Below, one piece after another: positions 8,664 through 18,615 of a stretch of DNA of 64,000 bases (within the stretch, counting starts at the first letter, position 1; each line of letters begins with the position of its first letter). The stretch is from an uncultured bacterium (GTDB taxonomy: Bacteria > Pseudomonadota > Alphaproteobacteria > CAJXXZ01 > 1604HC): assembly GCA_913063285.1 (NCBI GenBank), contig CAJXXZ010000003.1:2317-66316 (forward strand). The letters run 5' to 3'. The position numbers were made by a program, and so were the translations under genes. Under the pieces are notes generated by a model. It searched no databases. It saw nothing but the letters and a program-made list of their open reading frames with translations, and had not been told where the DNA came from.

Positions 8664-11012
8664 TTACCTAATTACACAATTTAAATCTTTAAGTTTTGAT
8701 TGTACCTTGAGATATAAATTATCAATTTGTTTTGTAGTTAATGTTTTTTGCAATGCATGCCATGTGATGCGAAATCCAATATTTCTTTCATTTATCAAAA
8801 GGCTTGGATACACATCAAACACTGAAAATGATACATTTGGTGGTAATAATTCTTTTACCTCAAGTATTGCTTGTGAAGTAGTTAATTCAGATGGCATTTT
8901 TACAGAAATATCACGAGCAATCACCTGTTGCATTGAGTATTTTGCTCTTTTTGCATATGAAATTTGATCAAGTGAAGCCTCCGCCACAAAAATTTTATTA
9001 GTAATATTGTAATGTCTTAAAATTTCATCTGAAATTGTACCAAATGTTGCGATATGTTTTGAGTTATGATGCCAACTACACGCTTGTTCATAATGAAAAT
9101 TTGCTGTATCATTCATATTCAAATCATGAAAAAATTCATTTAAAAAACTCTCAAAATTACTTTTATATCTTTGAAACTGAGATAAAAATTTTGTATTCCA
9201 GTCATTTGTAATTGGCCAAATAATTGCTAAAGATTGACGCTCATCGTCAATATCATGATATGTCTTTCCAATTTCAAACATACCAAAATAGGGCCAAGAA
9301 TATCTACTATACTCAGCAACACGCTCAAGTAATTGACATAGTAGTGTAGGGCGAAGATAAAGCTGATTTCGATTAAGTGGATTTGCAATACGTAAACATT
9401 CCTTTTGAGGAAAAAATTTGACTGCATCTTGTGACATAAATGCATTATGATATAACTCTAAGAGCTGATGATTTTTCCAATATTCACGAATTTTTTGTGT
9501 CATATCGAACTTATAAGTCGGCGAAAATGTTATACTTATCTCTTTTACCGGTATATTATGAATTTCGTAATGCCGCATGACTTCTTCAATAAGGCATTCT
9601 TCAGTTTTAACATCAGCAACACGCCATGAGGGTACCAAATATTTATCATCAATTTTTTCAAAACCAAGATTTTGTAGTATTTGTGTGATTTTTACATTTG
9701 AAATTTCAACACCAAGCATTTTTCGCAATTTATCATATGAAAGCTCAATTTCTCTTTTTACAGGTACAAATGATTGAGCCGTATAAATCATGTTATCAAT
9801 ACTTTGTGCACCGTTTTCAATTAATAAAGCGGCAGCTTTCAATAATGCATATGATGTCATCATGCCATCAACTTCATGAGAAAAGCGCTTTGATGCTTCC
9901 GTTATACAATTTAATTTTCGATACGTTTTTCGTATTGTATTAGCATCAAAAGTCGCAGCCTCTAATAGAATATTTGTAGTTTTATCATTAACACATCCAA
10001 ATTTTCCACCTATAATACCAGGTAGTGACACAACTTCATTTTCATGCTTCATTACAATCATATTTTCATCAAGGTTATGTGTATTATTTTTTAAATTTGT
10101 ATATTTCTCATTATTTGACATTGTTACTGTAATTGATTTTGTAAGTATTTTACGATCAAATGCATGTAGCGGTTGACCCAAGGCGTGCGCTATATAATTT
10201 GTTACATCTACAGCAAGTGAATGAGGTTTAATACCAACATCTAAAAGTCGTTTTTGTATTTGATATGAGCTTTTGCTATGAGCTAGCTGTAATTCAGTTG
10301 AATATAAACTTGTACATAAATTTGTTTTATTTATAAAATGATGATTGTCGTTTACAAATTTCATGTTTATTTCATTGCGTAATGAATATAAATTTATAGG
10401 TTTAAGTTTACCATATTCAGCAGCCGCTAATTCTCGTGCAATTCCATAAATACTTAACATATCACCGCGATTTGCAGTAATCTCAATTTGATATACATCT
10501 CCATCAAAGTTTAGTATTTGATTTAAATTATCAGTCAATTTTATGGATAAATTACAAAATTTTAAATCAAGAATACCATTTTCAGCTTGTATAAGATTTA
10601 GGCCAAGTTCTTGAGCCGAACATAGCATTCCTTCACTTGCAACACCGCGAATTTTAGAAGCTTTTAATTTTTTCATTGTTTGTGGAATAATTGCACCAAT
10701 TTTTGCAACTGCACACATCATACCTTCATATATATTATTTGCACCACATACTATTAACAGTACTTCATTTGTAGTTTGTACTTCACAAATTTGTAGTGAA
10801 TCAGCGTTCATATGAGAAGATATTTTATTGATACGCCCTATAACAAAATTTTCATAATCATACTTGTGATAGGTATGTTCTATAGGAAATCCAAGAGGTG
10901 ACAAAATATTATTTAATAGGTGCAAATTAGCTTTATTATCATTGGTTAAATTTAATTTTGAATCTGAAAAAAATTCTATGTAATCGCTTAGCCAGCCAAT
11001 TGTAAATTTCAT
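8664..11012 (-). CDS. pheT: phenylalanine--tRNA ligase beta subunit
   Basis: 782 aa. The N-terminus MKFTIGWLSDYIEF, the tRNA-binding domain, B3/4 and B5 regions and a C-terminal anticodon-binding-like domain follow the PheT layout. AGGAG lies 7 nt upstream of the ATG. Confidence 0.95.
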   Translation of the reverse strand: MKFTIGWLSDYIEFFSDSKLNLTNDNKANLHLLNNILSPLGFPIEHTYHKYDYENFVIGRINKISSHMNADSLQICEVQTTNEVLLIVCGANNIYEGMMCAVAKIGAIIPQTMKKLKASKIRGVASEGMLCSAQELGLNLIQAENGILDLKFCNLSIKLTDNLNQILNFDGDVYQIEITANRGDMLSIYGIARELAAAEYGKLKPINLYSLRNEINMKFVNDNHHFINKTNLCTSLYSTELQLAHSKSSYQIQKRLLDVGIKPHSLAVDVTNYIAHALGQPLHAFDRKILTKSITVTMSNNEKYTNLKNNTHNLDENMIVMKHENEVVSLPGIIGGKFGCVNDKTTNILLEAATFDANTIRKTYRKLNCITEASKRFSHEVDGMMTSYALLKAAALLIENGAQSIDNMIYTAQSFVPVKREIELSYDKLRKMLGVEISNVKITQILQNLGFEKIDDKYLVPSWRVADVKTEECLIEEVMRHYEIHNIPVKEISITFSPTYKFDMTQKIREYWKNHQLLELYHNAFMSQDAVKFFPQKECLRIANPLNRNQLYLRPTLLCQLLERVAEYSRYSWPYFGMFEIGKTYHDIDDERQSLAIIWPITNDWNTKFLSQFQRYKSNFESFLNEFFHDLNMNDTANFHYEQACSWHHNSKHIATFGTISDEILRHYNITNKIFVAEASLDQISYAKRAKYSMQQVIARDISVKMPSELTTSQAILEVKELLPPNVSFSVFDVYPSLLINERNIGFRITWHALQKTLTTKQIDNLYLKVQSKLKDLNCVIR

Positions 11013-11233
11013 TAATTCTCCTATATTAAATTAATGTATTATTTTAATTTGTCAATTTAAAGTAGTACATCAAATATTTGTTTACTCTTTTTTAATTTTT
11101 ACTTTATATTTATATATTATTCTCTAATAAGAGAAAAAAATTATGTATGAATAAAAAAGCAACTTTTTAAAAGAGCTCTTGCAAAAGAAAAAAAATCGTG
11201 CATAATCAATTTGTTACGTTATAGGAGGTACAA

Positions 11234-12802
11234 ATGACGAACATGTCTAAAAAGGCAATCGTAAGTTCTACTTTGGCTGCAATCACAATGATACATGCAG
11301 ATAGTATGTCACTGCATATTGGTTTCGGTGGATTTACAAGTTTTGTAAATAATAGCTTAAATGTAAAGTTTCCACTAAAAGCAGTCGATATGAATGAGGA
11401 GGAAAAGAAGAAAGCAAGTGCTGATAAAGTTGCAAAGGATAAGCAGATAGAAGAAATACTAAAAAAAATCATAGTTCAAGGTACAAATCTTAATCAAACA
11501 AAGCTTGATGCAAACTATAAACCTGATTCAACAAATGGTAAGCCAATCACAGAGCTGTTTTCAAATATTACTGACAACAAGTTACCTACATCTGGTATAT
11601 TTAGTCCAACTACAGAAATGAGTTTATCTGATGCATTTAATCAAGATAAGACATATGATGCAACTGCAATGGGAATTCAGGCAAATATTCCAGATCTACA
11701 GTCTGTATTAAATGCTATCCATAATGCTCTTAATACTGCAGCCTCTACTACTGATGTAACTGCTGATCCATCAACTGTTAATGAAGTTGTTACTAGATTT
11801 AATAACGCTTTACAAAAAATACAGAATACATCAAACCCAGCAATAAAAGCAGCAGTTAAAGATATTAAAAAAATGGAAAATGTAATGGGATCAGACGAAG
11901 CAACTAAAAATGTTGAAGCTATTGACTTTGCTTTTATATCTACTGGAACAGATAATATAACTCAGCATAATTTTGTTGATACAAAGCAAGAATTTAAAAA
12001 TTATGCATTAACTAATGATCAGAAAGCCGAATTACAAACAGTATTAAAATTACAACAAGAAGTAAAAAATGCGACTTCTTCAAAAAAGCATACATATTTA
12101 ATATCTAGACTAGTAGATAACACAGCAACAGCAGTAAAAGGTCTAGATGCAAATGGACAAGAGACAGCATTAAAAGTTCTAGGTCAAGATTTTTCAGATT
12201 TAAACAAAACTGATACAGCAAATTTTAATATTGAGTTTGAAGGAGCAACACCTGTTATTGGATTCCCATCTGGAATAGTTGGCTTCGCTGATATGTTCTT
12301 TATGAAACTATCAGGCATAAAATGCGGTGTTCGTCTACAGATGTTTGGACAGATCTCTGGACAAAAGAGTAAAGGAGTTGACAAAGATGCTGATACTCAA
12401 AACGAACTATTTTATCTTACAATGGGTAAACAATCATTATTCCTTGGTCCGTGTCTTGCATACACAATTTCTCCTGGATATGATTTATATTTTGGTGTTG
12501 GTGCAGTAGGTCGATTAGTAAGTCTTTCAATGGAGAAAACTAAGAATTCTAGACTTCAAAGTGCAAAATCATTTGACAAGATAGAGGATTCTGTAATGAA
12601 TCTTGGTGGTGGCGGAATGATTGGAATGCGTATTGCTATTTATGGAATACAATTCTTTGGAGAGGTTAATGGAGATTATGGTGCTCTTATTGGTGTAAAT
12701 GACTATGCTCAGCAGGATAAGTTTAACACTACCTTTCAAGAAGCTATTCTAGGAAGTACAGGTGTCAGAGCTGCTTTTGGTGTTTCTTTCCAAGTAATGT
12801 GA
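11234..12802 (+). CDS. putative surface/outer-membrane protein: signal peptide, extended polar N-terminal region, Gly/aromatic-rich C-terminal beta-barrel-like domain
   Basis: A strong SD (AGGAGG at 11223-11228) precedes the ATG. Signal peptide MSKKAIVSSTLAAITMIHA. The C-terminal 170-200 aa have alternating hydrophobic patterns and Gly-rich turns (GGGGMIGMRIAIYGIQFFGEVNGDYGAL ... GVRAAFGVSFQVM). No specific family recognised. Confidence 0.6.
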   Translation: MTNMSKKAIVSSTLAAITMIHADSMSLHIGFGGFTSFVNNSLNVKFPLKAVDMNEEEKKKASADKVAKDKQIEEILKKIIVQGTNLNQTKLDANYKPDSTNGKPITELFSNITDNKLPTSGIFSPTTEMSLSDAFNQDKTYDATAMGIQANIPDLQSVLNAIHNALNTAASTTDVTADPSTVNEVVTRFNNALQKIQNTSNPAIKAAVKDIKKMENVMGSDEATKNVEAIDFAFISTGTDNITQHNFVDTKQEFKNYALTNDQKAELQTVLKLQQEVKNATSSKKHTYLISRLVDNTATAVKGLDANGQETALKVLGQDFSDLNKTDTANFNIEFEGATPVIGFPSGIVGFADMFFMKLSGIKCGVRLQMFGQISGQKSKGVDKDADTQNELFYLTMGKQSLFLGPCLAYTISPGYDLYFGVGAVGRLVSLSMEKTKNSRLQSAKSFDKIEDSVMNLGGGGMIGMRIAIYGIQFFGEVNGDYGALIGVNDYAQQDKFNTTFQEAILGSTGVRAAFGVSFQVM

Positions 12803-14151
12803 AAATTTCATAAATTTTTATTATATTGTAAATAAAACATTATCATAAATAATCATGAATATTAATTTCATGAATTTGTCTTAAACTAAATAATTAGAAC
12901 TTAATTTTATTTACTCAAAATTTTAAATTGCTAATTAATTTTTAACCAAACAAATAAGTAAAATCTTAAAAAATAATAAATATTATAAAATTTGTAGTTT
13001 ATGAATCAGAAACTACTATTTCTTAATGATTTTTAAATACATATACCTTTGAAACTAATTTTACCATATATTATATACGATATTATTATAAATCATTTTA
13101 GTTATAACCATGTATATTAATTTATATTAGTGTAATTAAAGTATAAAAAATATAAAAATGAAATTATAAAGTAACATAATTTTACTATAGTACTAAATTT
13201 ATACTTTATAAATTAAGTTGATTTAGATTTTTAGTTAATTAAATCACTACTATATGATAAAGATGATTTAAATCTTTATATAAGCCTTACTTTTTATTAT
13301 AAATCATTATTAGTGTCTAACTCATATAAATAATATTATTTTGATTAATCATAAGAATTATTTGAAAAAAGGAGATAAATTATGTTATAAAAAATAGTAA
13401 TTTTGTAAAAATTTAAGTAATTTATTTTAAAAATAGCATTAAACAAAGTTTTTATACTTATTTTATTATTTTTAAAATCAAAAATATGCTTCTTTTTTTA
13501 GTTTAAATTTCTATATATACTGTATAGATAAATTTTTCACTATAGGTGATTATAATATTAAAATAAATTTATTGCAAAAAATTTTACAATCATTTTGAAA
13601 TATTTTCAAATTGCAAAATAACAGTTTTTAAGAATTCACATTATAAAACAGCTATATATGATTTAAATTCGATATATTTTAGTAAATTTACTCATTCTTA
13701 TTTTATAATTCATTTTAATAGTAATATTTAAATTTTATAAATTACAGTATATTTCCTGTTGTACTTGTATTTTTACTCAAACTACTCATGTAATTAATAA
13801 TATAAATAAAATTATGGTTTTATTTAAATAGTAAAAGTATAATAAAATTCATTAATATAGTAATCATACTATTTCATATATTTTCATTTAAATTATTTGT
13901 AACAGAAACATAAAAGTTATATTTTTAGGTGTTATTAACATACAAAGTTTATCACACTTAAGTGAATAAATAATCTAAAAATAGCAAAACACTAAAAATT
14001 AAATTGATCAAAAGTATTGCTTTATAATAAACTAAACTGATTATAAATAATTTACAGTATTTTTATAAAATTGATATGATCTGCCATATACAAATAATAT
14101 TTACTATTTAGATCAGAAAATATTTATACTTATCAATTTTCATTACTATTT

Positions 14152-14583
14152 TTAATTATTATTTTTACTTGCAATTAATTTTTTACGAGCTTCATCTTGA
14201 TGTTCTTTAAATAAATTTGGATTCCAAATTTGGAATATTGGACCACGTCCCACAAATACTAGCTCTTTTTCTATATGAGCATGCTTTAATAATGATTCGG
14301 AGAGAATTATACGGCCATCTGCATCAAATTGTAGCATATGAGAATCTGCAAAAATACTTGTCATAGGAGGAAGTTCAGATGAAAAGGGATATTCAAAATC
14401 ACATTCTGCACTCATTTTTTCCATTCTACTCATTCCAAAGCAATCTATTGTAGGTAAAGAATAGGACTGAACAGCAACTATTCCAAAAAATGATTCATTA
14501 GATAGAACAGTTCTAAATGCATTAGGCGTGGAGACTCGGTTCTTTCTATCAAGTGTTTTTGGATATTGAGAGAGAAAAACCAT
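14152..14583 (-). CDS. mraZ: transcriptional regulator MraZ
   Basis: Two SpoVT/AbrB-like halves carry the MraZ signature (LDRKNRVSTPNAFR and FDADGRIILSESLLKHA). I chose the ATG at 14583 (MVFLSQYP...), which matches typical MraZ N-termini. The track's longer form begins at a TTG (14622). Confidence 0.85.
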   Translation of the reverse strand: MVFLSQYPKTLDRKNRVSTPNAFRTVLSNESFFGIVAVQSYSLPTIDCFGMSRMEKMSAECDFEYPFSSELPPMTSIFADSHMLQFDADGRIILSESLLKHAHIEKELVFVGRGPIFQIWNPNLFKEHQDEARKKLIASKNNN

Positions 14584-14600
14584 TACAAGTTTGATAATAT

Positions 14601-14638
14601 CATGGAAATTTATGGGATTCAATGGGATATTTTGGTAC
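14601..14638. promoter_or_regulatory. four 10-bp-phased direct repeats (TGGAAA / TGGGAT / TGGGAT / TTGGTA) just upstream of mraZ; candidate MraZ operator
   Basis: The sequence catGGAAAtt tatGGGATtc aatGGGATat tttGGTActt has repeat cores at 14603, 14613, 14623 and 14632/3. E. coli MraZ is known to bind phased TGGGN direct repeats in its own promoter. Orientation and function here are not established. Confidence 0.3.
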
Positions 14639-15866
14639 TTTATACACAGATTTATACACAGGTTGTGAAAAAGTATTGTATAAAGATAATCACAACTTTA
14701 GTATTTTATGTAATTATTGGTATTAACAAGATAAATTTTATATTAACAGTAGTGTTGTGATCAGTATAAACATAAATATATGATTAATAATAAAAATACT
14801 AAAATGCAAGAAAGAGGAAATTAAATATATATATCTCTGAAGTGAATAAGTGTTAAAAAATTTTTGTTAATTTGACTTTATTATAATATTTCATGTGTAA
14901 ATTTTAAAAATATTCATTTAAGTTTTAGTTTTTGTGTAGTTATATATTGGAGTCAGTTTTTGTATGTCTAAAAAAGCCCTATTAGATTTAAGTAAAAGTT
15001 GTGAATAATGTCTAAAATTCTTAAGAGTAGCAAAATCACTTCTTATTTTATGAATTACATGATCTTTTATGTGATTATTATAAAGAGAATGAGTACGCAA
15101 AGGATCAAAAGAATAAGCATTGAAAAGTGTTTGACTCACATTATTAATATCTTTAAATAATTTTCAATATTTCTTCTTATCAAAATCACTTTCATAAGAA
15201 TGTAAAGCTTGATTTAAAATGACTTCATAAAAGTTGAATATTTTTTCAACCTTCTTTAAAGTAATATTTTGAATAATATCGTAATTGAATATTACATAAC
15301 ATATACTTTAAAAATCAATTCATTTATTAAATAGATTTATATATATATTTTCATTTTAACTTGAATAAAAAGAAGAAATTAATAATTGTTTAAAACAAAG
15401 AGCTATGAATATATATTTTATCATAAAAAGCATATTCATGGTAAATATCTTTAGACAATAATGTCAAGATTTAATAGAATTTGCAGTAGATGAATTAGGA
15501 AAAATACACATTAGCTTTATATAAAGTCTCATATTTATTATAAATGTAATTACTAACTTAGAAAATTAAAATTATTGAGATATACTTACATATTTTTACA
15601 TTATCTTCCTACTCTTTACTATCACTTATATAAGTCTATATCAATTAGAAAGTTATTCAAATTTATATATCATAATAGCTGCTCTTAGATAGTTATATAT
15701 GATTTTATTGATTTAGCATTAATAGTCTTAAAATCATAGTTCGTTATTATAGAATTTTTTGTTAAATTCATCAGAATCAACAACTAGAGTGTAAACAAAT
15801 TACATAATATCAGATTTTTTATCATTATATTATTTTATATTTTTTAGCTACCAAGTGCGTCCTTGA

Positions 15867-17753
15867 CTATGTTAATTTAAGCATCCAAACACGATCATCA
15901 GATCTTCTTTTTTGTATAGCATTCGGGTTCTTCTGTATATTCCTATTGAATGTTTTGGGTTTATTTTGAGATTGATTATCGCCTCTTCTTTTAAGTTTAG
16001 TAGGTGCTGCTTCTGCTGCTTTTGCTGCTTCTGCAGCTTGTGCAGCTCTTTCTTTTGCAGCTTCTGCTGCTTTTGCTGCTTCTGCTGCTTTTGCTGCTTC
16101 ACCTCCTGCTCCTTGAGTTGATCTGCCTCCTGCTGTATTTGGCAAACTCTCTTGTGCTGATATATAACCTTCTTCTGATCTTTTTTTGACTTGAGATCGA
16201 TCACCCCTTGATGGTGAATGATCTACTCTAGAAGCTCTTAAATCTCCTTTTGCTGAATCTTGTACTTTAGATGGTGTGCCTGCTGGACTAGCAGCTCTTG
16301 GTTCTGGACCAGTAGCTCCTAGTACTACTTTTGCTTCGGTTTCTGCATCTTTTTCTCCTGTCGCTTCACCTTGTGCTGAAATTGGACTATTATCTCCTTC
16401 TAGAGTTTGTGGAACATTGCTATCTTTTAACTTTTTCAATAAATTCTTTAACTCCTCTGAAATATGATTCAATATTGAAGAATCTGGATTTTCTCTCTTC
16501 AATCTATTTACTTCTTCATTTATAGACATTATTTTTTTTATACTACCTTGTCTCTCAAGCTCGTGAGTAGAATAATAATGTTCATATAGACTTAAAATAC
16601 TTGTACGTAAACACCTAATACTATTCTCAAATAATGATTCTTCAATATGGTTCTTAAGAATCTTTTCCAACTCAATCATTAAGGTGATCATATTAATATG
16701 CTGTTCTGATAATTTTTGATAATCATTTTCATATGCATTGAAAATTTCTTGATTAATATTATTTAGTCTTTGTATGATGACTTCTAATTTACTCTCATTA
16801 TCACCTTCTATAATCTTAAAATACTGAATAAAATTTTGTGGATATTGTTCTAAATAATATTTAAAAATTTTCAGTATATTTTCTACAATTTTTTTATCAT
16901 CCTTTAGTTCTTTCAAATCACTATGCAATATAATATAAGATAAAATTTTCTCTTTTGATAATTCCTTTTCTGCAAAATGATCACTAGCGGACCTTATAAT
17001 TTTCGTTAAAACAGTATTTTCTATATTGGCAATATCTAATAGTTGTTTAACACCAGATAATATAGCTTTTCTTTTACCTAAATCTTTGAAATTTGGATCT
17101 TTATAAAAATTTTCCATTACTTGTTTGATTTCACCAAAATGCTGTATTGATTCTTCTTTTTTCTTTTGTGATTGTGAAGAATCTTTCGTAATTGCTCCTT
17201 TGCCTTTATAATTTTGAAAATTAATACCAGTGGCATCATAGAGATATTGCTCAACTTCTGTATCAGATAAGTCTTCAATGATAAATTTAGCTATAAATTC
17301 ATCTGATTCTAATTCTTCGCTTGTTAATTTGTACTGAACTGATGTTTGAGAATTTGCAATATACTTTGCTAGCTCACTTGTTTGATCAACAAGAATAGGC
17401 ACAATACTTTCTATGAAAAGAACTTCACCATTGTCATCATATTGAGCTAATGGATTTGCTATTTGAGTATCTAAAACAACTTCTATAAAACTGGCATCTT
17501 TTATTGTATCTGATGATGTTTCTTTTAGTAATGTAGAAAGATTTGCTTTATCTTTATCTTCAAGAGTTACCAACATACGAATATGATCTTGATAAGACTC
17601 AGTAAATCCAATAGAACCATGCCTACTCATAGATTTCATCATCAAAGCATCTTCATAAGCTAATGCATCTTGATTATAAAATGTAAAAGAAGGTTGATTA
17701 TTAGCCCTTGTATGAGGACTAAACAATATAAGTACACAGAGTATAATTGACAT
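15867..17753 (-). CDS. secreted paralog-family member A: signal peptide, conserved N-domain, helical region, disordered Ala/Glu/Lys/Pro/Gly-rich tail
   Basis: Signal peptide MSIILCVLILFSPHTRA. The N-domain aligns with members B-G (GSIGFTE..IRMLVTLEDKDKANL..ASFIEVVL..YDDNGEVLF..VEQYLYDATG). The tail contains AAKAAEAAKAAEAAKERAAQAAEAAKAAEAA. Confidence 0.8.
   Translation of the reverse strand: MSIILCVLILFSPHTRANNQPSFTFYNQDALAYEDALMMKSMSRHGSIGFTESYQDHIRMLVTLEDKDKANLSTLLKETSSDTIKDASFIEVVLDTQIANPLAQYDDNGEVLFIESIVPILVDQTSELAKYIANSQTSVQYKLTSEELESDEFIAKFIIEDLSDTEVEQYLYDATGINFQNYKGKGAITKDSSQSQKKKEESIQHFGEIKQVMENFYKDPNFKDLGKRKAILSGVKQLLDIANIENTVLTKIIRSASDHFAEKELSKEKILSYIILHSDLKELKDDKKIVENILKIFKYYLEQYPQNFIQYFKIIEGDNESKLEVIIQRLNNINQEIFNAYENDYQKLSEQHINMITLMIELEKILKNHIEESLFENSIRCLRTSILSLYEHYYSTHELERQGSIKKIMSINEEVNRLKRENPDSSILNHISEELKNLLKKLKDSNVPQTLEGDNSPISAQGEATGEKDAETEAKVVLGATGPEPRAASPAGTPSKVQDSAKGDLRASRVDHSPSRGDRSQVKKRSEEGYISAQESLPNTAGGRSTQGAGGEAAKAAEAAKAAEAAKERAAQAAEAAKAAEAAPTKLKRRGDNQSQNKPKTFNRNIQKNPNAIQKRRSDDRVWMLKLT
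16005..16100. repeat. 18-bp tandem repeat (gcttctgctgcttttgct) encoding (AAEAAK)n on the minus strand
   Basis: About 5 units are visible directly. This is a locally GC-enriched patch, and it spawns several spurious overlapping ORFs in other frames. Confidence 0.85.
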
Positions 17754-17762
17754 ATATTTTAT

Positions 17763-17795
17763 ATTATACTTAATTTATCTTAAAAATCAATTGAT
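17763..17795 (-). promoter_or_regulatory. candidate promoter of member A: TTGATT-N16-TATAAT, ATG 9 nt downstream; overlaps the palindrome ATCAATTGAT
   Basis: The minus strand reads ATCAATTGATTTTTAAGATAAATTAAGTATAATATAAAATATATG. There is no SD between the -10 hexamer and the ATG. Confidence 0.4.
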
Positions 17796-17816
17796 AGCTA
17801 TTTGCATCAACCTAAT

Positions 17817-18419
17817 TTAAGATATCTTATCAGCGTTGAAATTTCCAAGTTTCTCATCTATTTCTAATTCACGCTCTTCGTTTAATACCTCAAATTCCAA
17901 ATTCTCATTTGCTTTTTCTGCTTTTCTCAACTCCCATTCTTTAGCGAAGTTTACAAGTTGACTTATTTTTTTCTGCATATAATTATCAAGCTTCATATAA
18001 TCTTCTTTATATTTCATAATTTTATCAATAATTTTATTTTTTAATTCATTACAAATTTCTTTAATCTGATCTGCAGTATATGAATTTAAAGTTCTTTTTC
18101 TATTTATAAACATTTTTCCTAATTTAAAAACATTATGTTTTATGATTTGTTTATCTTGCCTACTCATTTGTTGAAACATCTTCATAGAAATTCCCACATT
18201 ATTTAATTTACGCTTAAGTCTTCTAAGTTTATCTCTATTACGATTTCTTAGATTTTTTAGATTTTTTAAAGGATTTGAATAGTTATTTTTAAAAGAATTT
18301 TCATTTGATACTACAGAAATTTTTTTTACAGAAGGTTGATTATTTTCTAGTGCATCTTCAGCATTTAATATATAGTTAGAAAAACATAATAAAAAGTAAT
18401 ATTTGATGCTGCTTTTCAA
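17817..18419 (-). CDS. small secreted basic (Lys/Asn/Arg-rich) hypothetical protein
   Basis: A canonical SD (AAGGAGGT, 4 nt spacer) precedes a TTG start. Signal peptide MKSSIKYYFLLCFSNYILNA. It shares a 15-nt identity (agaaggttgattatt, encoding NNQPS) with the 5' end of member A. Confidence 0.65.
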   Translation of the reverse strand: MKSSIKYYFLLCFSNYILNAEDALENNQPSVKKISVVSNENSFKNNYSNPLKNLKNLRNRNRDKLRRLKRKLNNVGISMKMFQQMSRQDKQIIKHNVFKLGKMFINRKRTLNSYTADQIKEICNELKNKIIDKIMKYKEDYMKLDNYMQKKISQLVNFAKEWELRKAEKANENLEFEVLNEERELEIDEKLGNFNADKIS

Positions 18420-18615
18420 GTTTACCTCCTTAGTAGAATTAATTCTAGAAATTAAGTATTAATATTTTATTGATAATTTTGAAATATTATCATATATATG
18501 ATGAATTTTATATTTTGTATTCTTTAATAAAGTTTATTAAGTATGTAAAATTAATGAAATTCATAAATTTTATTGATTTTTCATTAAAATTAAGATTCAA
18601 TATATTATATAAATC

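Noticed and set aside
8707-9943. Four short ORFs inside or antisense to pheT (8707..8967, 9227..9445, 9577..9777, 9698..9943)
   Set aside because: They lie entirely within the well-supported pheT CDS and have no independent evidence.
11206-12509. ORFs 11206..11472 (-), 12184..12384 (-) and 12327..12509 (+) overlapping the 522-aa surface protein gene
   Set aside because: They are alternative or antisense frames of a longer ORF that has a strong SD and a signal peptide.
14566-14760. 64-aa plus ORF across the mraZ start and upstream region
   Set aside because: It overlaps the mraZ 5' end and the phased repeats, has AT-rich chance composition, and has no SD.
15872-16525. Five ORFs in other frames or strands of member A's repeat tail, with poly-Leu, Cys/Phe-rich and Gln/Lys-rich translations
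   Set aside because: They are artefacts of the 18-bp repeat and the GC-enriched low-complexity region. The 628-aa frame carries the signal peptide and the family domain.
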